This document shows positions 48,725 through 57,447 of a stretch of 64,000 bases of DNA, one piece after another. The DNA lies in contig CAJOQN010000006.1 in NCBI GenBank assembly GCA_905236535.1, forward strand, positions 3,484 to 67,483, in the 5' to 3' direction. The stretch is from an uncultured Bacilli bacterium (lineage in GTDB: Bacteria; Bacillota_I; Bacilli_A; RFN20; CAG-826). The notes under the pieces are model-generated. The model was not told the origin of the DNA. It made no database searches and was given only the letters and a program-made list of their open reading frames with translations. Each line of letters starts with the position of its first letter. Positions within the stretch are counted from its first letter, which is position 1. The translations under genes were made by a program, and so were the position numbers.

Positions 48725-49171
48725 TTATTTTTCCTCCGAGACATGGACTTTAATTTGTCCTTTTACACCCTTGAATAATTCGATATCAAGAACAGTGATG
48801 CCAAGGTTATCAATTGGTCCTTTTGTTAAAATTTTGCGTTTATCAATAATGATGTTTTCTCTTTCTTTTAAAGCTTCTTCAACTTGTTTGAAAGAAATGG
48901 AACCAAACAATTTATTTTTATTGGATTTGAGGGTGAATTCAAGAGTGATACCCTTAAGTCTTTCCGCTAATTTAATGGCTTCGTTTTTATCATTTTCGTA
49001 GGCAATTCTGGCATCTTCTTGTTGTTTTTCTAATATTTCTACACTTTTTTTGCTCTCTTTTACCGCTAAACGACGAGGAAGTAAAAAGTTATTCGCGTAG
49101 CCATCGCTAACTTCGATAGTTTGACCTTTTTTACCGACGTTTTTAACGTCTGCTAACATAATAACTTTCAT
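48725..49171 (-). CDS. rplI: 50S ribosomal protein L9
   Basis: 148 aa. MKVIMLADVKNVGKKGQTIEVSDGYANNFLLPRRLAV. Confidence 0.9.
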   Translation of the reverse strand: MKVIMLADVKNVGKKGQTIEVSDGYANNFLLPRRLAVKESKKSVEILEKQQEDARIAYENDKNEAIKLAERLKGITLEFTLKSNKNKLFGSISFKQVEEALKERENIIIDKRKILTKGPIDNLGITVLDIELFKGVKGQIKVHVSEEK

Positions 49172-51219
49172 TATTGATCCACTCCTTCATCAACAATCTT
49201 ACGAGAAACAGCATCATTACGAGCAGCGCTTAAGCTGTTATCTAAAACAACAAGGAGTTCACTAACAACTTGTGGAATGGTTTTGTTTTTATAAGCGGCT
49301 GCAGCCATTGATAAGTGACCGCCACCACCCATTTTTTCAGCAATAATTTGGACTGATATAGAGCCATCACTACGGCATGACATCTTTGTCATTTTTTCAG
49401 CTCTACCAATAACAAAGGAAGCTTTGACCCCACGCATAGACATACAGGTGTCGGCAACTTTTGATAATGTTGCGGAATCATATTCAATAGAAGGATCAGC
49501 CACCGCATACACAACGCCTGGAGAATGATATTTCATGGTTTTAACAATACCAGAAATAACACGGTATTCTTCTTCTTCATCTTTTAAGAAGTCGTCTGCA
49601 AGAGAGTTGTCCGCACCATATTCTTTTAAAGCTGTACAAGCTTCAAAAGTTCTGATACCGGTTTGTCTACTTCTAAAACGATGCGTATCTAAGAAGATAC
49701 CAGAAAGCATAATTGTGGCATAAGCTGCAGAAACTTCGATTCTTGGGTTGATAGAAGAGAATTTAATAAATTCTGTAACAAGTTCAGAAGCGGAAGATGC
49801 TGATGGATCAATGTGATTTAAAACCGGGGATTCAATATAATCTTCAGCACGACGGTGATGGTCAATAACAACAACCTTAGAAGCGTGATCAAGAAGTGAT
49901 GGCGCCATACACATACTCTTAGTGTGAACATCAACCACCACTAATAAAGTATCACTTGTTAACAATTCGTGGGCTTCTTTTGGAGAACATCTCATCGTAT
50001 CAAGCTCATCACGAGAGAATGATGATAATAGAGCACCTCTAGCTTTAACTTCTGTGGATTTTAAATCGACAACTATCATCGATTTTTTATTCACACGATG
50101 GCAGATGGCTTGAACGCCTAAACATGCACCCAAAGCATCCATATCCATATTAGCGTGACCCATAATTAAGACATTTGAAGAAGCGCGAATAAGAGAAATG
50201 AGGGAGTCTGCCAAAACACGAACACGAACTCTACTTCTCTTTTCTTGGGCTTCAGTCTTACCACCAAAGAATTCCATATCACGGCCATATTCACTGACGG
50301 CGACTTGGTCACCACCACGCGACATCGCGATATCTAAAGCATCGCTGGCCATTTCATTTAATTTGACAATGTCAGGGAAGTCGTGAGCAATACCAATAGA
50401 AAGAGTAATTGGAACACCTTCGTCAAAACCGATTTGTCTGACAGTATCAATCAAAGAAAACTTATTAGTTTTCATCTTATCTAACGATTCAAAGTTACAG
50501 AGCAAATAATATGAGTCTTCTCTGAATTTTCTAAGTAAAACATTGTATTGTTTCGCATAAGCAAAAATCGCCGATTTAATCTTGGTGATAACGTCGTTTA
50601 AATCTTCAGTTTCACCATGTGTGGCATCACCATAGTTATCAATGGTTAAAAGACCAACAACAGGAGCTTGTTGCTTGTTATAATTAACAACTTCCTCATA
50701 ATCGGTGGAGTCTTTAAAAATCCATAGACCGGCGTCAGGAAGATATTTGACATCATAGTTACGGGAATTGACCACTACTTTGATTGGTTCAGTGCTTGTT
50801 GGATTTTTCTTAAGTTCTTCAAGTTCTGGAAGCCACTTCAAAATATTCATATCGATAATATCGAGGTGTCTATCTTTAAACAAATCGTTGGTCCAAAGAA
50901 CAATATCGTTATCATCGGTAACTGCTAAGCCAACCATTGCAAAGTTATAAGCTTCTTGAACGTCACTACCGATAACTTCAGCAGCATGTAAGTCTGTTTT
51001 TTGTCTAAGATGTGAAATCTCAACAGTGACAATCCAAACAAATAAAGCGTTTAATCCAGCTACAACAACCGCGCCTAAAACGACAGCGACAACTGGTAAT
51101 AATGTTTTCAAATCAAAGAAGTTATTAAAATAAAAAATTGAAAAAAGCGCCAAAAGTACGATTTCTAATAAAATAATAGTGACTGACGCAACACGGATTC
51201 TTTTAATAGTTTTTCCCAT
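49171..51219 (-). CDS. gdpP: Cyclic-di-AMP phosphodiesterase GdpP (two TM - PAS-like - degenerate GGDEF - DHH/DHHA1)
   Basis: 682 aa with two N-terminal TM helices. DHH motif VIDHH and DHHA1 GGGH. The conserved gdpP-rplI-dnaB gene order is present. Confidence 0.85.
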   Translation of the reverse strand: MGKTIKRIRVASVTIILLEIVLLALFSIFYFNNFFDLKTLLPVVAVVLGAVVVAGLNALFVWIVTVEISHLRQKTDLHAAEVIGSDVQEAYNFAMVGLAVTDDNDIVLWTNDLFKDRHLDIIDMNILKWLPELEELKKNPTSTEPIKVVVNSRNYDVKYLPDAGLWIFKDSTDYEEVVNYNKQQAPVVGLLTIDNYGDATHGETEDLNDVITKIKSAIFAYAKQYNVLLRKFREDSYYLLCNFESLDKMKTNKFSLIDTVRQIGFDEGVPITLSIGIAHDFPDIVKLNEMASDALDIAMSRGGDQVAVSEYGRDMEFFGGKTEAQEKRSRVRVRVLADSLISLIRASSNVLIMGHANMDMDALGACLGVQAICHRVNKKSMIVVDLKSTEVKARGALLSSFSRDELDTMRCSPKEAHELLTSDTLLVVVDVHTKSMCMAPSLLDHASKVVVIDHHRRAEDYIESPVLNHIDPSASSASELVTEFIKFSSINPRIEVSAAYATIMLSGIFLDTHRFRSRQTGIRTFEACTALKEYGADNSLADDFLKDEEEEYRVISGIVKTMKYHSPGVVYAVADPSIEYDSATLSKVADTCMSMRGVKASFVIGRAEKMTKMSCRSDGSISVQIIAEKMGGGGHLSMAAAAYKNKTIPQVVSELLVVLDNSLSAARNDAVSRKIVDEGVDQ

Positions 51220-51300
51220 AGTAAAACCTTGTGAATAAATTATATATTAATTATTTATATAAATAAACGGGGAACGAAAAAAACTTTCATTTATATAGAA

Positions 51301-51325
51301 AATCCCATCCTTAATGGACGGGATT
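51301..51325 (-). terminator. Terminator-like hairpin after the DUF308 gene
   Basis: On the minus strand, a 9-bp stem AAUCCCGUCC/GGAUGGGAUU with one G-U pair, followed by a U-rich tract. Confidence 0.4.
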
Positions 51326-51343
51326 TAATTATCTTGTTTGTTA

Positions 51344-51859
51344 TTATTTAGATTTTTTAACTAAAACACTGATAAGCATAACCATGCCGTAAAGAGCAAT
51401 AAGGATACCAACAATGATCCAGAACGTAGTAGCAAACTCTGGGACGGTCAAATAAAGAACACCGATAATGACAAGAGCGATACCAATAACTAATTGAGAG
51501 ATACCGAGAACCAATTGCTTTTTAACTGCGGAATAAATTCCAAAGACAAATAAGGCCGCGCCAAAAGCGACGAGTAAAATAACAAGTAGATTAATCAATG
51601 TGTCAAAGCTGAGCCAATTTGCGAGCAAAGAAATGCCAACTGCCAATAAAGCAGAAGCTAAGAATGTTGTCGAAAAAACTAATTCTTTGTTAGTGACAAA
51701 TTTGACGACTCCGAGGACTATTAGCAACGCTCCAACAACGACAAAAAGAATGCCGAAGTAAAGATTTAACACAGCGGTCACACCAAAGATAGCGATAAGA
51801 ACGCCTAAAGCAATAAGAATGATTGATGTAACTACTTGAGAAAGTTTTGTATTATTCAT
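51344..51859 (-). CDS. DUF308/HdeD-like membrane protein
   Basis: ORF 51344..51892 trimmed to MNNTKLSQVV (GGAAGGAG SD 8 nt upstream). Six TM helices with the repeated G-rich pattern typical of HdeD-family proteins. Confidence 0.5.
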   Translation of the reverse strand: MNNTKLSQVVTSIILIALGVLIAIFGVTAVLNLYFGILFVVVGALLIVLGVVKFVTNKELVFSTTFLASALLAVGISLLANWLSFDTLINLLVILLVAFGAALFVFGIYSAVKKQLVLGISQLVIGIALVIIGVLYLTVPEFATTFWIIVGILIALYGMVMLISVLVKKSK

Positions 51860-51883
51860 GTTTCTAACTCCTTCCGATACAAT

Positions 51884-51922
51884 ATTATACACACAATTAA
51901 AGATTTGTGAATTAATTCACAA
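51884..51922 (-). promoter_or_regulatory. Promoter of the DUF308 gene (TATAAT at 51884..51889) with a perfect Rex-type operator TTGTGAATTAATTCACAA (51905..51922) over the -35 region
   Basis: The 18-bp perfect palindrome matches the Rex consensus TTGTGAA-N4-TTCACAA. It lies 15 bp upstream of the TATAAT box. Confidence 0.55.
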
Positions 51923-51968
51923 TAAAAAGTACCCTTTCCTGATATCTAGGATTTGGGTACCTTTCTTA

Positions 51969-52853
51969 TTATTTAGCTTCTTCAGTAACTTCTTTACCAA
52001 AGAAATAGCAGCCGAACATTCCTGGGCCACAGCAAAGTCCAACGAGAGGACCAATGAATGAAGGATAGGCTTTAATATGAAGTTGTTCTTCAATTTGTTT
52101 CATTAAATATTTTTGTTTTTCTGAGCATGAAGCTTGGCAAACATAAACACAATCAGTCACACCTTCAATCATTCTTTCTTTGATATAAAGAATTGATTCT
52201 TCTAATGAGTTTTTAGTGCCCTTTGTTTTCTTATAAACATAGTTATTACCATGAATATCCGCCATAATCATTGGTTTAAGAGACATTAAATTTCCAAAGA
52301 AAGCAGCGGCCCCACTCACTCTACCAAAAGCTTTTAAATAAGTAAGAGTTTCAACAGAGCCAACTTGATTAAATTTTTGTTTGTTTTCTTCAACCCACGC
52401 AACAACTTCTTCTATGCTCTTTCCTTGTCTTTGAAGTTTGCAAGCTTCGATGACTATCATCCCAAGAGCCATTTCTGCTCTACATGAATTAACAGAGATA
52501 AGCTTTCTTCCTGGGAATTGTTCTTCCAAATCTTTTTTAACTAATTCAAAAATATTTCTAGAACCAGAAAGCGCGTCAGTGCAGGCAAGGTAAAGAATGT
52601 CTTTTCCTTCTTTTAAATAAGGGGTGACTTTTTCAATAATTTCAGTTGTGGAAATTAACGAAGTATTTCTTTTAATTTTTGGATTTGCCACCCAACCATA
52701 GAATTCATCGTTTGTGTATTCTTCCCAGTCGAGATCCGCGTGTTTTTCCACGCCATCGATAACGATACCCATACGGAAATATGGAATGTTATATTCCGCT
52801 CTTAGTTCTTTAGATAAACCAGAACTGGAATCTGTAAATATTTGATAGGCCAT
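51969..52853 (-). CDS. DegV-family protein (second paralog) with a Cys-rich C-terminus
   Basis: ORF 51969..52982 trimmed to MAYQIFTDSSSGLSKEL. C-terminus GLCCGPGMFGCYFFGK. Confidence 0.8.
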   Translation of the reverse strand: MAYQIFTDSSSGLSKELRAEYNIPYFRMGIVIDGVEKHADLDWEEYTNDEFYGWVANPKIKRNTSLISTTEIIEKVTPYLKEGKDILYLACTDALSGSRNIFELVKKDLEEQFPGRKLISVNSCRAEMALGMIVIEACKLQRQGKSIEEVVAWVEENKQKFNQVGSVETLTYLKAFGRVSGAAAFFGNLMSLKPMIMADIHGNNYVYKKTKGTKNSLEESILYIKERMIEGVTDCVYVCQASCSEKQKYLMKQIEEQLHIKAYPSFIGPLVGLCCGPGMFGCYFFGKEVTEEAK

Positions 52854-52893
52854 AATATGTTCCTTTCTAAATAAACTTGATTTAATCTTATAT

Positions 52894-53408
52894 TTATTTA
52901 ATCCAAAAGACACGATTGTCTTTAATTTTTTTCTCTCTATAGGCGTTAGGAAGAGCATATCCCAAAGCGACATGTCCAACACCTTCGTATTCCTCTAAAT
53001 TAAGGTTTAAAGATGCGAACAACTTCGACCTTCTTCTAATTCGAGCTCTTCTTTTGCGCGGTGAATCCAACATGAACCAAGCCCTTGATTAGTGGCTTCA
53101 ATCATCATGTTTTCAATCATTGTGGAGCCATCATATTTTGAGAATGGACAATTCTTCACCGCCACTAATAAGATAACTGGTGCTCCATAAAAAGCGTCAC
53201 CTTGAAAATTCAAAATTTTTGCATTGAGAGAGACCAACTTTTCTCTAACTTCTTTGTTCGTGATAGCGATTATTATACCGTTTTGAAGTCCTCTACCAGA
53301 GGAAGCCGCTAAACCAGCATTAATGACTTCTTGAATCTTCTCTTCTTCCACCATGCGGTCACTATCAAAAGCGCGGCAAGATCTTCTATTTTCAATTTCT
53401 TTTAGCAT
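52894..53408 (-). pseudogene. Nitroreductase-family gene interrupted by a frameshift
   Basis: ORF-track frame 53007..53408 gives MLKEIENRRSCRAF...GLGSCWIHRAKEELELEEGRSCSHL*. The family C-terminus ...SKLFASLNLNLEEYEGVGHVALGYALPNAYREKKIKDNRVFWIK* continues in the +2 frame down to a TAA near 52894. The join is at about 53010..53030. Confidence 0.6.
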
Positions 53409-53441
53409 AATTTTTTAAAAAATAATGGGGGTTTGAGGCAT

Positions 53442-53599
53442 TTATTCCATTTTTTCGAACATTTCTTTGCCAACACCGCAAAGAGGGCAAACCCAATCTT
53501 CGGGGATATCTTCAAAGGGTGTTCCTGGAGCGATACCGCTATCTGGATCGCCTAATTCTGGATCATAAATGTGTCCACATAAAGTGCATTGATACTTCA
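53442..53599 (-). CDS. Rubredoxin (about 52 aa), apparently disrupted by a 1-nt deletion near the 5' end
   Basis: Own translation. GGAGG SD, then MKYQCT..., then after a -1 shift ...[45 protein letters not shown]. An intact reading needs one more T in ACTT(T)ATG. The span is 158 nt and not divisible by 3. Confidence 0.5.
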
Positions 53600-53665
53600 T
53601 ATTGTTTCCTCCAATTGTCTATATTTAGAATACAAAAAAGAATTGTTTAATAACAACTTAAAAAA

Positions 53666-54388
53666 TTAAGAAAGATAATGCTTTTTGTTTCTTTTGATTT
53701 TGAATAAATCTTTAAAGAATTTAATTGATGATTTAAAAGGAGATAGGGTTGATGTGCGATCATCGCTCCACTTCACTGGGAGAGATTTATAATTTTTATT
53801 ATAAAGTTTAGAGATATAGAGATATTCGACATCAAAGGAAAAGCCATCCATCTTCGATTTTTCAATTAATAGTTTTGCTAAGTCTTTGTTCATTCCTTTA
53901 AACCCACATTGAGTGTCTTTAACTTTAAAATGAAACATCATTCCAATAATGATTCTTGAACATTTCGAGATAAATCTTCTTTTAAAGGGTTGTTTGATAA
54001 GAATTTGACTTTCTTTATCATATCTAGAAGCGAGGACTAAGTCGTTTCCTTCTTCTAAAGAAGAAAGACAACTATCAACCGCCTCTATATCCGTCGACAT
54101 ATCCGCATCCATAAAGATGTAATAATCATCATCTAATGATTCTAATAAAAATTTAATACCTTCCCTGACTGCGTTGCCTTTCCCTTTGTTTGGATAATAA
54201 GAAATGGTTTTAACACCCGGAATAGCGTTGATCACATCTTCGGTCTCATCCTTGCTGCCATCGTTCACTAAAACAATATCAAAATGGTAATTATCTATCT
54301 TCTTTAGATAATCTTTTAAAGCCTCGACATGCCTTTTGATATCTTGGCTTTCCATATAACAAGGAATAATAATACCAACTTTTTTCAT
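53666..54388 (-). CDS. GT2-family glycosyltransferase (Dpm1/polyprenol-phosphate glycosyltransferase-like)
   Basis: 240 aa. IIPCYMES ... VLVNDGSKDET ... FMDADMS (DxD). Confidence 0.8.
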   Translation of the reverse strand: MKKVGIIIPCYMESQDIKRHVEALKDYLKKIDNYHFDIVLVNDGSKDETEDVINAIPGVKTISYYPNKGKGNAVREGIKFLLESLDDDYYIFMDADMSTDIEAVDSCLSSLEEGNDLVLASRYDKESQILIKQPFKRRFISKCSRIIIGMMFHFKVKDTQCGFKGMNKDLAKLLIEKSKMDGFSFDVEYLYISKLYNKNYKSLPVKWSDDRTSTLSPFKSSIKFFKDLFKIKRNKKHYLS

Positions 54389-54418
54389 CTAATTAATTAT
54401 GTCGTAAATTTAAAAATA

Positions 54419-55519
54419 TTAATAAGAATATTTTAGGAATCTAAGGGCTTTATATTTTGAAAGGAATTCACATAAAGTTTGAAGTCCATATGCAGCGAAC
54501 AAACAAACAATAAACGGAATAATGATTAGATAATATTTTTCTCTAAAGATGTTATGCCCAATAGAGTCACAAATCCAATAAGTATAAAAGAAGAATTGGA
54601 AATGGAAGAGATAAAGGAAACTTCCAACTTTTCTCAGCTTTTTCATAACCTTGATAAACTTCTCGTTTTGAGAATCTATCAATAACATTTGATTCATGAA
54701 GAAGAACACAAAGATTGGCAAAGAAAGGAAAGCGTCTGGATAAACAAATATTTTGAGATTTAATGTAAGGAATATTTCTCCCGCCATAAGGAAATAGGCA
54801 AATGGAATAATAATTGGATTCCCTTTGATTTTAAATGGTCCATATGAAGCAAAAATCTTTCCTAAAACAACATATAAAAGTCCTTGAAGAGGACAAATGT
54901 TTAATTGGAGAAAGTCTCCAATTGTGTAAAAGGCTTTAGAAACGGGATCTTCACTTAATGTGAATAACCCAAAATAGGCAGAATTAAGGCACCCATAAAG
55001 ATACATTAATGAAGAAATAACAGTCACCACAATTAACGATTTTTTCGACTTAATCGCGCCGGTTATTAAAACGCTTAAAACCAAAGTTACTAAATACCAA
55101 AATCCATGTGGAGAGCCCTTCCACAATGTGATAACCACATATTTAATGATTCCGTCCGTGTTTCCCGTCGTCCCCATATCCACGATATCTTCGATGACAA
55201 GCGGAAGACCAAGGATATACCAGAAAGCATATAAAAATAATATTCTAAGGCAAAATTTTCCAATATGTCTCCACTTGTTTTCTGGATCTTGTTCAATTCT
55301 TTTAAATAACAAGAAGCTGCTAATAACAAAAAATAACGGGACCGCGATTCTTAACAATGCATGAATAAAAGATTGACCAAGCATCATCGTAAGAGAGGAA
55401 CTATCAATCCCCGCGCCTTCGGTGGTCGAGCCACTAGGAAAGGCGTGTAGAGTAACAACCATCACAGCAGCGATACACTTGATCAAATCGAGAACTGGAT
55501 AATATTTGTTTTTGTTCAT
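54419..55519 (-). CDS. Acyltransferase-3 family membrane O-acyltransferase
   Basis: 366 aa, about 10 TM segments. N-terminus YYPVLDLIKCIAAVMVVTLH typical of the acyltransferase_3 family. Confidence 0.7.
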   Translation of the reverse strand: MNKNKYYPVLDLIKCIAAVMVVTLHAFPSGSTTEGAGIDSSSLTMMLGQSFIHALLRIAVPLFFVISSFLLFKRIEQDPENKWRHIGKFCLRILFLYAFWYILGLPLVIEDIVDMGTTGNTDGIIKYVVITLWKGSPHGFWYLVTLVLSVLITGAIKSKKSLIVVTVISSLMYLYGCLNSAYFGLFTLSEDPVSKAFYTIGDFLQLNICPLQGLLYVVLGKIFASYGPFKIKGNPIIIPFAYFLMAGEIFLTLNLKIFVYPDAFLSLPIFVFFFMNQMLLIDSQNEKFIKVMKKLRKVGSFLYLFHFQFFFYTYWICDSIGHNIFREKYYLIIIPFIVCLFAAYGLQTLCEFLSKYKALRFLKYSY

Positions 55520-55681
55520 TATTGCTATTTTACATTAAATATCTATTTATTTAAATTTTTAAGATATGGTTTAGAAGTGATTCTATTTATCACTATTCAG
55601 GTTGCGCAATTAAATATTGTTTTATCTTTTCCTAATAAAACAAAATATATAATCAATTGTTAACACCAACAGGGTTCAGTT

Positions 55682-57100
55682 CTAGGAGTTTTCTTTCAAT
55701 TCGAATGATATGAAATCAAAATGCCCTTTACCTTTATAGATGAATTTTAAAACGTCTTTTGCTAACAATTCACCTTTGATTAAAACATTATTGGATTCGT
55801 TATTAATGACCCCAATCAAACCGTTGGAATTATAAATTTCAAAATCCCCATTTAATTTTCCTTTGATATTTATTTTTATTGAGACTGTTTTGCTCAAATC
55901 AAAATATTTGTACACCGCGACTGAACCATTAGAGAAATTGGCTATATATTGTTGATCATCACGTTGAGTGATAAATGGTCTCATCCCTTTTCTAACTTTA
56001 AACATTAAGGAAAAATAAGAATTCTTTTTCTGGCTATAAAGCTGACACGCAATTCTGGAAGGATATGTCCCCACTCCTATTAAGACATTATCTTTTAAAA
56101 GGCCACAGCTTGTAAGTTCAGCTTGATAGAAAATACCATTTTCAAACTTAATAGTTTCCGCGCATGCTTGTCTAGAGAAAGCGTGTCTATTCGTATGTCG
56201 ATGATAAAACACATAATGTTTATCTTTGATTTGAATCAATGATCCATGCGTGTTTCCGGTTGGATTTTTTCCATCTTTAATTCCTTTCGCAGATAGACCA
56301 ATATCGCCATTACTTACTAAAGTTCCTTGATATTTAAATCCTTTTAAAGGGTTATCGCTTACCGCATAACAAAGTTCATGCCCATTAATTGAAGAATAGA
56401 TGAAATAATATTTGTCATTAAATTTACGCATTGAGCTGGCTTCAAAGAATTCGTGTCCTTCAAATCCTGTTCCTCTTGAGGAATGGACACTTGGCACACC
56501 AATAAAGATTGGGCCTTCTTTAATCGTTAACATATCATCATCTAACACAAAACCCATCGTTCCTCGTTTAGATGTTTTATGCCAACCCATCAATAACGGA
56601 TTAGAATATCTTGGAGAAAATCCGGTATACATATAAATTGTGCCATCATCATCTTTAAATAATCCGGGGTCAAATTGGAAAGGTTCCTTTTTCTTTCCTA
56701 AAAGGGTTCCATCTTGATATTTGACATGCCCATAATATTCATATTTACCCGCGGGTTCATCGCATCTAGCAACACAGATATATCCTTTACGGCCTAAAAA
56801 ATAATACAAATAATATTTTCCGTCTTTTCCTTGAACGACATCAGGCGCATACATCGCATGATAAATTCCTTTTTTCCCATCTGGGTCTTGTTTTCTTTGA
56901 TAGATGACACCTTCATATTTCCAATCGCTTAAATCGTCGATAGGCGCGCTATAACACACATAATCTAATAAACAAAAACCTTCACCATTGAATTTATCAT
57001 GGCTTCCATATAAATAGACGCGGTCATTAAAAATATGTGGTTCTCCATCAGGAACATATTCGTTTTCGGGCAAAAATGGATTAAATACGAGTTTGTTCAT
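55682..57100 (-). CDS. Intracellular beta-propeller glycoside hydrolase, GH43-like (tentative), with a C-terminal beta-sandwich
   Basis: 472 aa with no signal peptide. N-terminus NPFLPENEYVPDGEPHIFNDRVYLYGSHD resembles GH43-type five-bladed propeller enzymes. The family assignment is uncertain. Confidence 0.45.
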   Translation of the reverse strand: MNKLVFNPFLPENEYVPDGEPHIFNDRVYLYGSHDKFNGEGFCLLDYVCYSAPIDDLSDWKYEGVIYQRKQDPDGKKGIYHAMYAPDVVQGKDGKYYLYYFLGRKGYICVARCDEPAGKYEYYGHVKYQDGTLLGKKKEPFQFDPGLFKDDDGTIYMYTGFSPRYSNPLLMGWHKTSKRGTMGFVLDDDMLTIKEGPIFIGVPSVHSSRGTGFEGHEFFEASSMRKFNDKYYFIYSSINGHELCYAVSDNPLKGFKYQGTLVSNGDIGLSAKGIKDGKNPTGNTHGSLIQIKDKHYVFYHRHTNRHAFSRQACAETIKFENGIFYQAELTSCGLLKDNVLIGVGTYPSRIACQLYSQKKNSYFSLMFKVRKGMRPFITQRDDQQYIANFSNGSVAVYKYFDLSKTVSIKINIKGKLNGDFEIYNSNGLIGVINNESNNVLIKGELLAKDVLKFIYKGKGHFDFISFELKENS

Positions 57101-57190
57101 TGAATATAAACATCATATCACGATAGTGAATGAAACATAATAAAAGGACTGAAATTTAACTTTCAGCCCTTTGTGATAAATAATCTTTGT

Positions 57191-57337
57191 TTTATTCAGC
57201 AGCGGTAACTTTTAAAGCACAGATTTTCCAAGTCGCATCTGAATCTTTCAAGATTTCATAATTGTAACTGCCAACCTTAATTGGTCCACCTTTGCCTTCA
57301 GCAACATTGATTTTGAAGTTATCAAGTTCTCCGCCAT
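57191..57337 (-). CDS. Orphan 48-aa ORF (MNGGELDNFKINVAEGKGGPIKVGSYNYEILKDSDATWKICALKVTAAE) with its own terminator-like hairpin at about 57140..57170
   Basis: Own translation. Followed on the minus strand by GGGCUGAAAguuaaaUUUCAGUCC plus a U-rich tract. No SD seen. Could be a gene remnant. Confidence 0.25.
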
Positions 57338-57384
57338 TCATGACAGAGTGTGAAAGGAAGATCTTCCGCACACAATCATTATGG

Positions 57385-57414
57385 TTGACACAAGAGGAAA
57401 TTTGTTTTTACTAT
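57385..57414 (+). promoter_or_regulatory. Putative sigma-70-type promoter of the GH3 gene
   Basis: TTGACA, a 17-18 nt spacer, then TTACTA/TACTAT. A GGAGG SD sits 6 nt before the ATG at 57448. Confidence 0.45.
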
Positions 57415-57447
57415 GAGATATAAACATATTTGCAATGGAGGTTCCAT

